A stretch of DNA of 64,000 nucleotides, taken from positions 864,001 to 928,000 of the forward strand of contig OZ241869.1 in NCBI GenBank assembly GCA_965202805.1. The letters are read 5' to 3'. Below the pieces are notes generated by a model. That model worked only from the letters and a program-made list of their open reading frames with translations. It was not told where the DNA came from and did no database searches. The stretch comes from Longimicrobiales bacterium. Lineage in GTDB: Bacteria; Gemmatimonadota; Gemmatimonadetes; Longimicrobiales; Gaopeijiaceae. This document shows positions 30,741 through 40,256 of this stretch, piece by piece. Positions within the stretch are counted from its first letter, which is position 1, and each line of letters opens with the position of its first letter. The position numbers were made by a program, and so were the translations under genes.

Positions 30741-31339
30741 CGGGACCAGGCTGCGAATTTCCCCTCGAGGCCGCGCGCCGCGTCAGGCTCGTCATCTTCG
30801 ACGTCGACGGGGTGCTCACCGACTCCGGCGTATACATGGGCGAGCTGCCGGACGGGTCGCCGGTGGAGCTCAAGCGCTTCGACATCCAGGACGGCCTGGC
30901 GATCAAGCTCCTCGTGGGAACCGGGATGCCTGTGGCGCTGGTGTCGGGCCGGGTGTCGGCGGCGACCGCGCTGCGCGCCCGGGAACTCGGCGTGGAGGAG
31001 TGCCATCAGGTGCCCGGCGCGATGAAGATGCCCGTGGTACGAAACTTGCTGGCCCGCAACGGGGTTTCATGGAGCGAAGTCGCCATGCTTGCGGACGACC
31101 TGCCCGACCTTCCGGTCTTTCGGCGTGTCGGGCTGCCGGTGGCGGTCGGGAACGCCACCCCGGAGCTGGTGCGGGACGCGGTCTGGCAGACGCGGGCGCA
31201 GGGGGGCAGGGGAGCTGTTCGGGAATTCGTGCGCGCCCTGCTGATCGCCCGCGGCGAATGGGAAAACGTGGTCCAGGGTTATTGCGATGCAAGGAGCGAT
31301 GACGTCGCCGCCGAAGACACGCGCGGCCGGAAGGGCTGA
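30737..31339 (+). CDS. kdsC: KDO-8-phosphate phosphatase (HAD)
   Basis: FDVDGVLTD, DDLPD and GGRGAVRE motifs; operon context. Confidence 0.93.
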   Translation: MTGPGCEFPLEAARRVRLVIFDVDGVLTDSGVYMGELPDGSPVELKRFDIQDGLAIKLLVGTGMPVALVSGRVSAATALRARELGVEECHQVPGAMKMPVVRNLLARNGVSWSEVAMLADDLPDLPVFRRVGLPVAVGNATPELVRDAVWQTRAQGGRGAVREFVRALLIARGEWENVVQGYCDARSDDVAAEDTRGRKG

Positions 31340-32354
31340 CGCGGGCGGGACCCGTACGCGCTCGCCGGCTTCTCCGCCAGGAGACCCCGACGCAGCCCTC
31401 TCGGCCATCGCCGAAGCGGCCCGGGTGCTGCGCGCAGAGGGCGGCGCGCTCCTCCACCTGGCAGACCGCATCGACCAGACCTTCGTCGAGGCGGTCGAAA
31501 CCGTTCTGGCCGCCTCCGGCCGGATCATCGTCTCGGGGGTCGGCAAGAGCGGAATCGTCGCGCGCAAGATCGCGGCCACGCTGACCTCGACCGGCACCAC
31601 CGCCTTCTTCCTGCACCCGGTGGAGGGGCTTCACGGGGACCTGGGCATCGTCTCGCGCGAGGACGTCGCGATCCTGGTCTCCAAGAGCGGTGACACCGGG
31701 GAACTCGCCGAACTCGCCGGGTACCTGCTGCGCTACGGGGTGCCCATCGTGCTGATGACCGGCAATCCGCGCTCGCCGCTGGCCCGGCACGCGAGCGCGG
31801 TCCTCGACTGCTCGGTGGCCGGGGAAGCCTGCCCGCTGGACCTGGCCCCCACCACCTCCACCACCGCCGCCATGGCAATGGGCGACGCGCTGGCGATCGT
31901 CCTGCTGCGGCGCCGGGGCTTCGAACCCGCCGACTTCGCCCGCCTGCATCCGGGCGGCGCGCTCGGGCGCAGGCTCACGCTTCTGGTCGACGACGTGATG
32001 GTCGGGGAAGGGTATCCGTCCCTCCTGCAGGATGCACTCGTGCGCGACTGCATCGTGCCGCTCGCGCACATGCGGGGCACCGTCCCCATCGTGGACGAGC
32101 ACGACAGGGTCGTGGGCGTCGTCACCGCCGGCGACCTTACGCGCCTCATGGAGCGCGAACCGGATTTCCTTCATATTCCCATCCGGGCCATCATGAGCTC
32201 CGAGCCCAGGCTGGCCCGGCTCGGAACCCTGGCCTCCGCATCCGCCCGGGAGATGGAGAAGCACGGGGTCATGGCATTGCCCGTGGTGGACGCAGGGGAC
32301 CGGCTGCGCGGCGTCGTGCATCTCCACGACTTGATGAGATCGGGAGTTCTATGA
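31299..32354 (+). CDS. kdsD: Arabinose-5-phosphate isomerase (SIS + CBS)
   Basis: GVGKSG, LHP.E..HGDLG, EACPL.LAPTTST and HPGGALG motifs; C-terminal CBS pair. ATG 31287 is an alternative start. Confidence 0.94.
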   Translation: MTSPPKTRAAGRADAGGTRTRSPASPPGDPDAALSAIAEAARVLRAEGGALLHLADRIDQTFVEAVETVLAASGRIIVSGVGKSGIVARKIAATLTSTGTTAFFLHPVEGLHGDLGIVSREDVAILVSKSGDTGELAELAGYLLRYGVPIVLMTGNPRSPLARHASAVLDCSVAGEACPLDLAPTTSTTAAMAMGDALAIVLLRRRGFEPADFARLHPGGALGRRLTLLVDDVMVGEGYPSLLQDALVRDCIVPLAHMRGTVPIVDEHDRVVGVVTAGDLTRLMEREPDFLHIPIRAIMSSEPRLARLGTLASASAREMEKHGVMALPVVDAGDRLRGVVHLHDLMRSGVL

Positions 32355-32899
32355 TGTTGAAAAACAGGAAGATGGCGGTACTGCTGGTGATCGCGGCAGT
32401 GGGCACCGCGGGGTGCGAGGAGCAGGTCGCGACAACGCCGCTGCCGGAAGAGCTGCGCGCCCTCGAGGCCGACCAGGTCCTCTTCGACATCGTGACCCAT
32501 GTGACGGTGGACGGCATCCGGGAAGCCCGCATTCAGGCCGACACCGCCTATATCTGGCAGGACTCGACCTCCGTGGCGCTGCGCACGGTGAACCTGATCA
32601 TGTACGACGAAGGCGGGGTGGAGCGCGCGCGCGTGACCTCCCGGACCGGACTGATGAACCAGGACACCCAGCACATGGTCGCGCGTGGCGACGCCGTTCT
32701 CGTCATGACGGACCGGCGCATCGAGAGCGCGGAGATCCACTACGAGCCCCAGAGGGACCGCATCTGGAGCGATTCGACCACGGTCATGACGATGACGGAA
32801 GGAGGCCGGGTGGTCGAGGGATCCGCGTTCCTGTCCGACGCCAACTTCGAGAGCATCTTCATTCAGAACCAGCGAACGCGGAGCGGCGGAGGGCCCTGA
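32351..32899 (+). CDS. lptC: LPS export protein LptC (lipoprotein type)
   Basis: Lipobox TAGC; beta-jellyroll-like pattern (ADTAY, G.M......M.A.GD); position between kdsD and lptA/lptB. Confidence 0.8.
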   Translation: MMLKNRKMAVLLVIAAVGTAGCEEQVATTPLPEELRALEADQVLFDIVTHVTVDGIREARIQADTAYIWQDSTSVALRTVNLIMYDEGGVERARVTSRTGLMNQDTQHMVARGDAVLVMTDRRIESAEIHYEPQRDRIWSDSTTVMTMTEGGRVVEGSAFLSDANFESIFIQNQRTRSGGGP

Positions 32900-32900
32900 A

Positions 32901-35237
32901 TTGCGCCGCTCCCCGGTTCTGGCGGCCCTGATGGCGGGCTCGGCCCTGTGGCTGGCGAATGGCGTCGCGGCGCAGGACGCCTGCGACCTGCTCCAGTCCC
33001 GCTCCTCCACCGTCCAGCTGACCAGGGACGGTTTCTTCAACTTCATCTCCGAGCCCGTGTTCGGCTGCGGAGGGGACGTCATCATCCGCGCGGACAGCGC
33101 CGTGCTGGATGACGTCTCGGGCTACACCCGCTTCGTCGGCAACTTCGAGTACCGCGACTCGACGGCGTTCATGACCGCGGACCGCGCCGACCACTTCGCC
33201 TCGGAGGGCCGGCTCATCGGAGTCGGCAACGTCCACATCACCGACGGGGCCACGGGCGCCATCTTCGAGGGCGACAGCACCGTTCTGGTGGGCTCCAGCG
33301 CCCGGCGCGAGGACGGGGAGATGACGATCATGGGCCTGGAGGGGCGGCGGGCGCACGCGGTCATCCTCGTGTCGCCTCAGGCGCCCGCGCCGGATTCGGC
33401 CGAGGTCCCGTCGGACTCCCCCGAGGTGGAGAGCGATTCGGCCGAGGTCGCAGATTCGACCGAAGTCCCGGAGGACACTGCGGCCGCGGTGAGCGATTCG
33501 GCGCTCGCCGGGGATTCCACCGGTGCCGCCGCGGAAGACCCGGGGGATCCGACCACCCCGGGCGACTCCACCCAGGTCGCCACGGACACCCCTGCCGCTC
33601 CGGTCGATTCAGCCGCTGCCGAGGCCGGCGAACCAGAGGTTGCGACCCCCGACCCGCCACCCCCGGACACCACGCCCGTCCCCTACGACATCGACGCCGA
33701 GCGCATCCACCTGACGGGCGCGGACTACATGCTGGCCACCGGCAACGCGGAGCTCTACAACGATGAGTTTCGCGCGCTCGCGGATTCCATCGAGTACCGG
33801 GAACCCGCCGGCAAGCTCTTCCTGCGGGGGACGGCGCCGCGCGTGTTCGGATACGGAGCGGAATACGAGCTGAGCGGCGATGCGGTGGATCTGGACATGG
33901 ACGGCAACCAGGTCGCGGCGCGTGGTGACGCCGCCCTCTCCGGGAGCGAGATCGACCTGACCGCGCCCGAAATCCGGGTATTGATGATCGACGGGGTGCT
34001 GGATCGCATCGTGGCCATGAACGAGCAGCCGCCCGAGCCGGAGCTGCCCGGGCCTGCCGATGACTTCGATGCGCCCTCCGAGGACTCCGCGGCAGCCATC
34101 GTGGCCGCCGCCGGGGAGACGCCCGCGGAAAGTACCGCCGAAGCCGCAAGGGAAGCGCCCACGGACGAGACCGCGTCAGACGCCGGCGCCGCCCCGGCAG
34201 AGCAGGCCGCCGGCGACGCCCGGACCGAGCCTGCCGAGCTGGTGCCGGGCGAAGCGATCCCGCTGGGCGAGGAGTCGGCGCCCGGGGAAGCGGGCGCGCT
34301 CGGCACAACGCAGGGGGAGACCGGAGATTCCGCCGCCGCGCCTCCTCCCGCCCGCCCGCGCGCGGTGGCAGAGACGTTCGAGCTGGAAGGGGACTCCATC
34401 GATGTCCTGGCCCCCAACGAGCTGCTCGAGCGCGTGGTCGCGGTGGGCAGCGCGCGCGGCGAGTCGCTGGCCCGCGATTCGCTCAACACCGAAGACACGC
34501 CGGAGATCGCGCGCTCGGACTGGGTCTCCGGCGACACCATCATCGCCATGTTCCGGCCCGTGGCCGCCGACACGTCGGCGGACGCCGGCGCCGAACCGGA
34601 CGAGGGCCGGCCGGCCGGCGGCTACCAGCTCGATCGGCTGGTGGCCTTGGGCGAGGCGGCGAGCCTCTACCGCATGACTCCCTCCGGCGGCGACGGCGCG
34701 GAAGGGGAAGAAGAGCCTCGCGAAGGCCAAGGGGAAGGCGAAGGCCAGGGGGAAGGGGAGGACATCGCGCTGGAGGACGCCGCGGATCCGGCGCAGCAGA
34801 GCCCCGAGGACGAAGTCCCCGCGGAGAACGTCGTGGACGAGGCAACCGCGGCGGAGGAAGTCGTCGAAGAAGAAGTGTCCGGCGAGCCCGTGCAGGAAGC
34901 CGCACCGGAGGACGACCCCGACGCGCAGGAACCCGCCACGGAGAACGATCCCGACGCCCAGGAAGCCCCCATGGAGGACGACCCCGACGCGCAGGAAGCC
35001 GCGGAAGAGGACGGGGGAGAAGAAGCGGCTTCGGAAGCCGAACCGGACAACCGCCTCGCCCTCCACTACGTGCGGGGAGACCTGATCACTATCTTCATGG
35101 AGAACGGTGAAGTGACCTCGGTGATCGTGGAGGGCAACGCCCGCGGCGTACAACTCGAACCTCTCGTGGCCTCGCCCCCCGACACGACCACGGCACCTCC
35201 CGACACGACCGCGGCGCCTCCTGCCGCACGGAGATGA
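32901..35237 (+). CDS. Large LptA/OstA-like exported protein with acidic low-complexity inserts
   Basis: Signal peptide; several OstA-like beta-strand blocks (IRADSAV, MTADRADHF...LIGVGNV, ADSIEY, GDTI.A.F); occupies the lptA position. TTG start. Confidence 0.7.
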   Translation: MRRSPVLAALMAGSALWLANGVAAQDACDLLQSRSSTVQLTRDGFFNFISEPVFGCGGDVIIRADSAVLDDVSGYTRFVGNFEYRDSTAFMTADRADHFASEGRLIGVGNVHITDGATGAIFEGDSTVLVGSSARREDGEMTIMGLEGRRAHAVILVSPQAPAPDSAEVPSDSPEVESDSAEVADSTEVPEDTAAAVSDSALAGDSTGAAAEDPGDPTTPGDSTQVATDTPAAPVDSAAAEAGEPEVATPDPPPPDTTPVPYDIDAERIHLTGADYMLATGNAELYNDEFRALADSIEYREPAGKLFLRGTAPRVFGYGAEYELSGDAVDLDMDGNQVAARGDAALSGSEIDLTAPEIRVLMIDGVLDRIVAMNEQPPEPELPGPADDFDAPSEDSAAAIVAAAGETPAESTAEAAREAPTDETASDAGAAPAEQAAGDARTEPAELVPGEAIPLGEESAPGEAGALGTTQGETGDSAAAPPPARPRAVAETFELEGDSIDVLAPNELLERVVAVGSARGESLARDSLNTEDTPEIARSDWVSGDTIIAMFRPVAADTSADAGAEPDEGRPAGGYQLDRLVALGEAASLYRMTPSGGDGAEGEEEPREGQGEGEGQGEGEDIALEDAADPAQQSPEDEVPAENVVDEATAAEEVVEEEVSGEPVQEAAPEDDPDAQEPATENDPDAQEAPMEDDPDAQEAAEEDGGEEAASEAEPDNRLALHYVRGDLITIFMENGEVTSVIVEGNARGVQLEPLVASPPDTTTAPPDTTAAPPAARR
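34893..35012 (+). repeat. 33-bp (11-aa) in-frame tandem repeat, about 3.6 copies
   Basis: Units start at 34893, 34926, 34959 and 34992: QEAAPEDDPDA, QEPATENDPDA, QEAPMEDDPDA, QEAAEED. Confidence 0.85.
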
Positions 35238-35238
35238 A

Positions 35239-36432
35239 ATGACGCTGGAACGTTTTCTGGAGCTGATGCGGGAACTCGAGCCGCACGACGTCTCGGTGGC
35301 GGTCGCGGTCCTGGAGTTGATCCGGGGCGCGGACGATTCGGGATCCGTGAACCGGGACGACTGGGTGACGTCGGTGCGCCGCCAGTACGAGGAACTCGAA
35401 CTTCACCTGAAGGCCTCCTGGCGCGAGCGCGGCGGCGAACTCGGCGGCTACCTGGAGGAACAGGTGATCGGGCGCCTGGAGGCCGTCGGCATCGCCGGCC
35501 GCGATTCGGACGAGGACGACTGGGAACGTCTGACCCTCGATGCCGGGCTGTGGGAGGAACTGGCCGGCGAACGCGACCCGCTGGTCGAGAACATCGAGGC
35601 GATGGCGGTCGTGCTGCAGCACAAGTTCGGCGTTCTGGCCAGCGAGTCGGAGGACAACGGCGCCTCGCCGCCGGCCAGCCGGCTGGTCGCGACGGGGCTG
35701 ACCAAGAGCTACGGCGGACGCAAGGTGGTGAACGAGGTCGACATCGCCGTGGAACAGGGTGAGATCGTCGGGCTGCTCGGGCCGAACGGCGCCGGCAAGA
35801 CCACGACCTTCTACATGATGGTCGGGCTGATCTCGCCCCAGGCCGGGGAGGTGCGGCTGGACGACCGGGTGCTCACCGGCGTTCCGATGTACAGGAGGTC
35901 GCGCCTCGGGGTCGGCTATCTCGCCCAGGAGCCCTCCATCTTCCGGCGCCTGACCGTCGAACAGAACGTAATGGCGATCCTGGAGACGCTTCCGCTTCCG
36001 CGGGCGGAGCGCAGGCAGCGCCTCGACGAGCTGCTGTCGGAGCTCTCCATCGGCCACCTTCGCCACTCGAAGGCCTTTTCGCTCTCCGGCGGCGAACGGC
36101 GCCGGCTGGAGATCACCCGCGCGCTCGTCCAGCGTCCCAAGTTCATGCTTCTCGACGAGCCCTTCGCCGGAATCGACCCCATCGCGGTCAACGACATCCA
36201 GCAGATCGTGGCCGGGCTGCGGCACCGCGGCATCGGAGTGATCATCTCGGACCACAGCGTGGAACAGACGCTGGAGATCGTCGACCGCGCCTACATCATG
36301 CACGAGGGTCGCATCCGGGTCGTCGGCACCGTCTCCGAACTGGTCTGGAACGACGAAGTGGCGGATATCTACCTTGGCCCCGTCCTGACCGACCGCATGC
36401 GCAAGCGCTTCAATCCTCCCGTGCCGGCATGA
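35239..36432 (+). CDS. lptB: LPS export ATPase LptB with ~145-aa N-terminal extension
   Basis: GLLGPNGAGKTTTFYM, YLAQEPSIFR, LSGGERRRLEI and LLDEPFAGIDP motifs; upstream of rpoN. Confidence 0.93.
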   Translation: MTLERFLELMRELEPHDVSVAVAVLELIRGADDSGSVNRDDWVTSVRRQYEELELHLKASWRERGGELGGYLEEQVIGRLEAVGIAGRDSDEDDWERLTLDAGLWEELAGERDPLVENIEAMAVVLQHKFGVLASESEDNGASPPASRLVATGLTKSYGGRKVVNEVDIAVEQGEIVGLLGPNGAGKTTTFYMMVGLISPQAGEVRLDDRVLTGVPMYRRSRLGVGYLAQEPSIFRRLTVEQNVMAILETLPLPRAERRQRLDELLSELSIGHLRHSKAFSLSGGERRRLEITRALVQRPKFMLLDEPFAGIDPIAVNDIQQIVAGLRHRGIGVIISDHSVEQTLEIVDRAYIMHEGRIRVVGTVSELVWNDEVADIYLGPVLTDRMRKRFNPPVPA

Positions 36433-37910
36433 GCGGTCTCGGAACCCGGCTCATCCAGAGCCCGGAGCTCAGGCAGGAGCTCAGGCTCAACCCGCGCCTG
36501 TACCAGGCGATGGAGCTGCTTCATCTTCCGCTGCTCGACCTCCAGCAGCGTCTCAAGCAGGAGATGACGGAAAACCCGTTCCTGGAGGTGGTGGAAGGCG
36601 ACACCGAGCAGGAAGTGGAGCTGGACCAGGACGGCGCGGACGAAGACGAGGACGAGGTCGACTGGGAATCCATCCTGCTCGACGGATTCGACGCCGGCGG
36701 ACGCCGGGCCCAGTACGAGGCCCGTGACTTCGAGCTTCCCACGCCGTCCAGGGCTCCGGACCTCCGCGATCATCTCGAGAACCAGACCCAGCTGCTGACG
36801 CTCTCCGACCGCGAGCACAGGGTCGCACAGGAGATCATCGGCAACATCGACGACGACGGTCTCCTGCGCTGTCCGCTGGAAACCATCGCCGAAGACCTCA
36901 ACACCTGGCTCGAGGAAGTTCGGGACATCGCGCTCGATGCCGTCGGGGACGAGTCTCCGGAGGAGCTGGCCACGATGCTCGCTCCCTTCGGCGTGCGCGA
37001 CGTGGAGGCGGTGCTTGAGATCGTGCAGGACATGGATCCCCCCGGCGTGGGGGCGCGCGATCTGCGCGAGTGCCTCCTCATCCAGCTGCGCGAAGCGGGA
37101 GAGGAGGATGAACTCATCTGGGTCCTGGTCGACGAGCACTTCGACGACCTCCTGAGCCATCGCTGGGCCAACATCGCCCGCGCCGTCGCCGGGGTGACGC
37201 CCCGGATGGTCCAGGATACCGCCGATCGGCTCGCCAGGCTGGACCCGAAGCCGGGACTCAGGTATTCGCCCGAACCGGACTACTACATCGTCCCGGATCT
37301 GATCGTAGAGAAGATCTCCGGCGAGTACATGGTGTTCGCCAACGACACCAGCATGCCCCAGTTGAGGCTGGCGCGGTCCTACCAGGAGGTCGCCCGCGAC
37401 AAGCATCTGTTCCGGGGGGAGAACAGGAAGTTCATCAAGAACAAGCTGAATTCCGCCAGCTGGATGATCCAGGCCATCGAACAGCGGCGCCAGACGATGC
37501 TCAAGGTGATGCAGTACATCGTGGAACGTCAGCACGACTTCTTCGAGAACGGGGTGCAGCACCTGCGTCCGCTCACCCTGCGGGAAGTGGGCGACCATAT
37601 CGAGATGCACGAATCGACCGTCTCGCGCGTGACCAACGAGAAATATGTGGAGACGCCGCGGGGTGTCTTCAGCCTCAAGTACTTCTTCTCGAGCGGGCTC
37701 TCAACCACAAGCGGCACAGACATTTCCGCGCGCGGAGTGAAGGCGAAGATGGAAGCGCTCATCTCCGGGGAGGACACCCGCAAACCCCTCACCGACATGG
37801 CCCTGGTCAAACTCCTCCGCGCCGACGGCGTGAAGATCGCCCGCCGGACGGTGGCAAAGTATCGCGACCAGATCGGCATCCTCCCCGCGCGCATGCGCAA
37901 GCGTCTGTGA
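36429..37910 (+). CDS. rpoN: RNA polymerase sigma-54 factor
   Basis: ENPFLE, DPPGVGARDLRECL, HESTVSRV and the RpoN box ARRTVAKYR. Confidence 0.97.
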   Translation: MSGLGTRLIQSPELRQELRLNPRLYQAMELLHLPLLDLQQRLKQEMTENPFLEVVEGDTEQEVELDQDGADEDEDEVDWESILLDGFDAGGRRAQYEARDFELPTPSRAPDLRDHLENQTQLLTLSDREHRVAQEIIGNIDDDGLLRCPLETIAEDLNTWLEEVRDIALDAVGDESPEELATMLAPFGVRDVEAVLEIVQDMDPPGVGARDLRECLLIQLREAGEEDELIWVLVDEHFDDLLSHRWANIARAVAGVTPRMVQDTADRLARLDPKPGLRYSPEPDYYIVPDLIVEKISGEYMVFANDTSMPQLRLARSYQEVARDKHLFRGENRKFIKNKLNSASWMIQAIEQRRQTMLKVMQYIVERQHDFFENGVQHLRPLTLREVGDHIEMHESTVSRVTNEKYVETPRGVFSLKYFFSSGLSTTSGTDISARGVKAKMEALISGEDTRKPLTDMALVKLLRADGVKIARRTVAKYRDQIGILPARMRKRL

Positions 37911-37971
37911 GCGCATCGCCCCGCGTCGGTCACGCCGGCGCACCCCGGCACCGCGGCACACGGCACCGGGG

Positions 37972-39138
37972 ATGACGCGTCCGCGCGTCCTGGTGGTGAT
38001 CGGCACCCGGCCCGAGGCGATCAAGATGGCCCCGGTGGCGGAGGCGCTACGCGAACGCGACGACCTTGTGGAGAGCGCGGTCGCCCTCACCGGGCAGCAC
38101 ACCGACATGGTCGACCAGGCGCTGGAAGCCTTCTCCATCACTCCCGATTTCGACCTGGACATCATGAAGTCCGGGCAGACTCTCTACGACGTCGGCCGGG
38201 GCTGCATGGAAGGGCTCAGGGACATGATCCGGGAGTTTGAGCCGGCCATGATGCTGGTTCAGGGTGACACGGCCAGCGTCTTCTTCGGTTCGCTGGTGGG
38301 TTTTTTCGAGCGCATCCAGGTAGGACATGTCGAAGCCGGGCTGCGCAGCCGCAACCGATGGGCACCATACCCGGAGGAGCTCTTCCGGCAGATGACGGAC
38401 ACGCTCGCCGAGCTTCACTTCGCGCCCACTGCGCTGGCGCGGCAGCACCTTCTTGCCGAAGGGGTGTCCGACGACTCCATTCACGTCACGGGCAATACGG
38501 TTGTCGACGCACTCATGCGGCTGGCCCGCCGCGAAACCGACATCGAGGACGGCGTGCTGGCCGAACTTCTGGCGGGAGATGCCCCCCTGGTGCTGCTCAC
38601 GGCCCACCGGCGCGAGTCCTTCGGGGAACCTCTGCGGCGCGTCTTTGGCGCCGTCCGCGAGATCGCGGACCGATGTCCGGATGTCCAGGTCATCTATCCC
38701 GTTCACCCCAACCCTCAGGTCGTCCTCCCGGCGCGCGAGCACCTCGCCGACCATCCTCGCGTGCACCTGACGGACCCCCTGACATACCCGGATCTGCTGC
38801 GGGCGCTCGCCAGGGCGAGCCTCGTGCTTACCGACTCCGGGGGAATCCAGGAGGAGGCTCCCACGTTCGGCACGCCCGTCCTCGTGCTGCGAGAGGTGAC
38901 CGAACGCCCGGAAGGCGTCGCGGCGGGGGTTGCCAGGCTTGTGGGAACCGACCGGGGTCTGATCGTCGGGGAGGCGCTGGCCGCCCTTGCGGGTGTGAAC
39001 GGGGATGGGGACCGCGAAGCCGGCTTCACCAACCCCTACGGCGATGGCGACGCGGCGGCGCGGATCGCCGACATCGTGGCGCACCGGCTTACCGGAGTCC
39101 CGCGCCGGACCCGTGACTGGCTTCCGGGAGCGCCATGA
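37972..39138 (+). CDS. wecB: UDP-N-acetylglucosamine 2-epimerase (non-hydrolysing)
   Basis: GTRPEAIKMAP, TGQH, QGDT, HVEAGLRS and TDSGGIQEEAP motifs. Confidence 0.95.
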   Translation: MTRPRVLVVIGTRPEAIKMAPVAEALRERDDLVESAVALTGQHTDMVDQALEAFSITPDFDLDIMKSGQTLYDVGRGCMEGLRDMIREFEPAMMLVQGDTASVFFGSLVGFFERIQVGHVEAGLRSRNRWAPYPEELFRQMTDTLAELHFAPTALARQHLLAEGVSDDSIHVTGNTVVDALMRLARRETDIEDGVLAELLAGDAPLVLLTAHRRESFGEPLRRVFGAVREIADRCPDVQVIYPVHPNPQVVLPAREHLADHPRVHLTDPLTYPDLLRALARASLVLTDSGGIQEEAPTFGTPVLVLREVTERPEGVAAGVARLVGTDRGLIVGEALAALAGVNGDGDREAGFTNPYGDGDAAARIADIVAHRLTGVPRRTRDWLPGAP

Positions 39139-40256
39139 ACATCCTGATGCACTGCATCTACTTCCCACCGGAAATAGGCGGGCTGGAGAGCCACGTCTTC
39201 AACCTGTGCCGCGGACTGGTGGCCAGGGGACACCGCGTGGATGTGGTCACCTCGCGGTCCCGACCGAATCTGCCCCGCGAACAGCTCATGGGGGATATCC
39301 ACGTCTCGAGGACATGGCTTCCCGCGCGCAACCCGGGCGGGTGGTTCCTGCACTCGATGTGCTCGACACCGCGCACCACCCGGACGAGCGCCCGGGCGGA
39401 CGTGGTGCACGCCCAGGCCATCGCCTCCATCCCGCCGGCGTGGATTGCAGGCCGGATTCGAGGCCGGCCGCTGATTACGACCCTGCACACCTCCCATTTT
39501 CTGCGCCTGGCGGGGAAGGCGCAGTGGCGGCCGGGTCTGCGCGCCCTTCTGCGCGCTTCCGACCACACCTTCGCCACCAGCGTCGAGATCGCCGACGTCG
39601 CCGACGGACTGCTCCCGGGCCTGTCCACCGAGGCCGTGACCAACGGGGTCGACACCTCCGTGTTTCGCCGCCGCGAGCCGTCGCTTCCGCCGATGTCCGG
39701 GCCGACCCTGGTCGTGCCGCGCCGTCTGTTTCCCAAGAACGGAGTGCGGTTCTTCGTGCGCGCGATGCCCGAAATCGCCGCGCAGATCCCCGAAATCCAG
39801 GCGATCCTGGTGGGAGACGGACCGGAGCGTGAAGAGCTGGAGGGCCTGAGCGCGCAGCTGGGGGTAGCGGACCGGATCCGTTTCCTCGGCGCACGGCCCA
39901 ACGCCGAGATGCCGGGCATTCTCTCCTCCGCCACGGCAGCGGTCATTCCGTCGCTCATGGAGGCGACCTCGATCGCCGCGCTGGAAGCCATGTCGTGCGA
40001 ACTCCCGGTGGCAGCTTCCCGGGTAGGAGGGCTGCCGGAGATCATCGACGAGTCCGTGGGCACGCTTTTCGCGCCGGGGGATCCCACCGATCTCGCCGCA
40101 CGGCTCGTCGCCCTCCTGCGCCGAAGGGATCTGGAGAGCGTGGGTCGTCGAGGCCGGGAACGGGTGGTCACCCGCTGGAGCAACGACCGGCTCGTGCAAC
40201 GTCATCTCGAGGTCTACCGGGCCCTCGGAGCAGGGGAGACGGCGCCCCGTGCCTGA
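39135..40256 (+). CDS. Glycosyltransferase family 4
   Basis: FPPEIGGLE, GDGPER and PS..E.....LEAMSC..PV.AS.VGG.PE motifs. Confidence 0.92.
   Translation: MNILMHCIYFPPEIGGLESHVFNLCRGLVARGHRVDVVTSRSRPNLPREQLMGDIHVSRTWLPARNPGGWFLHSMCSTPRTTRTSARADVVHAQAIASIPPAWIAGRIRGRPLITTLHTSHFLRLAGKAQWRPGLRALLRASDHTFATSVEIADVADGLLPGLSTEAVTNGVDTSVFRRREPSLPPMSGPTLVVPRRLFPKNGVRFFVRAMPEIAAQIPEIQAILVGDGPEREELEGLSAQLGVADRIRFLGARPNAEMPGILSSATAAVIPSLMEATSIAALEAMSCELPVAASRVGGLPEIIDESVGTLFAPGDPTDLAARLVALLRRRDLESVGRRGRERVVTRWSNDRLVQRHLEVYRALGAGETAPRA

Noticed and set aside
34893..35012. 33-bp repeats as a CRISPR array
   Set aside because: They are contiguous, degenerate, in-frame coding repeats with no spacers and no cas genes.
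27247..37971. Sigma-54 promoters near the rpoN operon
   Set aside because: I saw no TGGCAC-N5-TTGC-like element with correct -24/-12 spacing in the intergenic regions inspected by eye.
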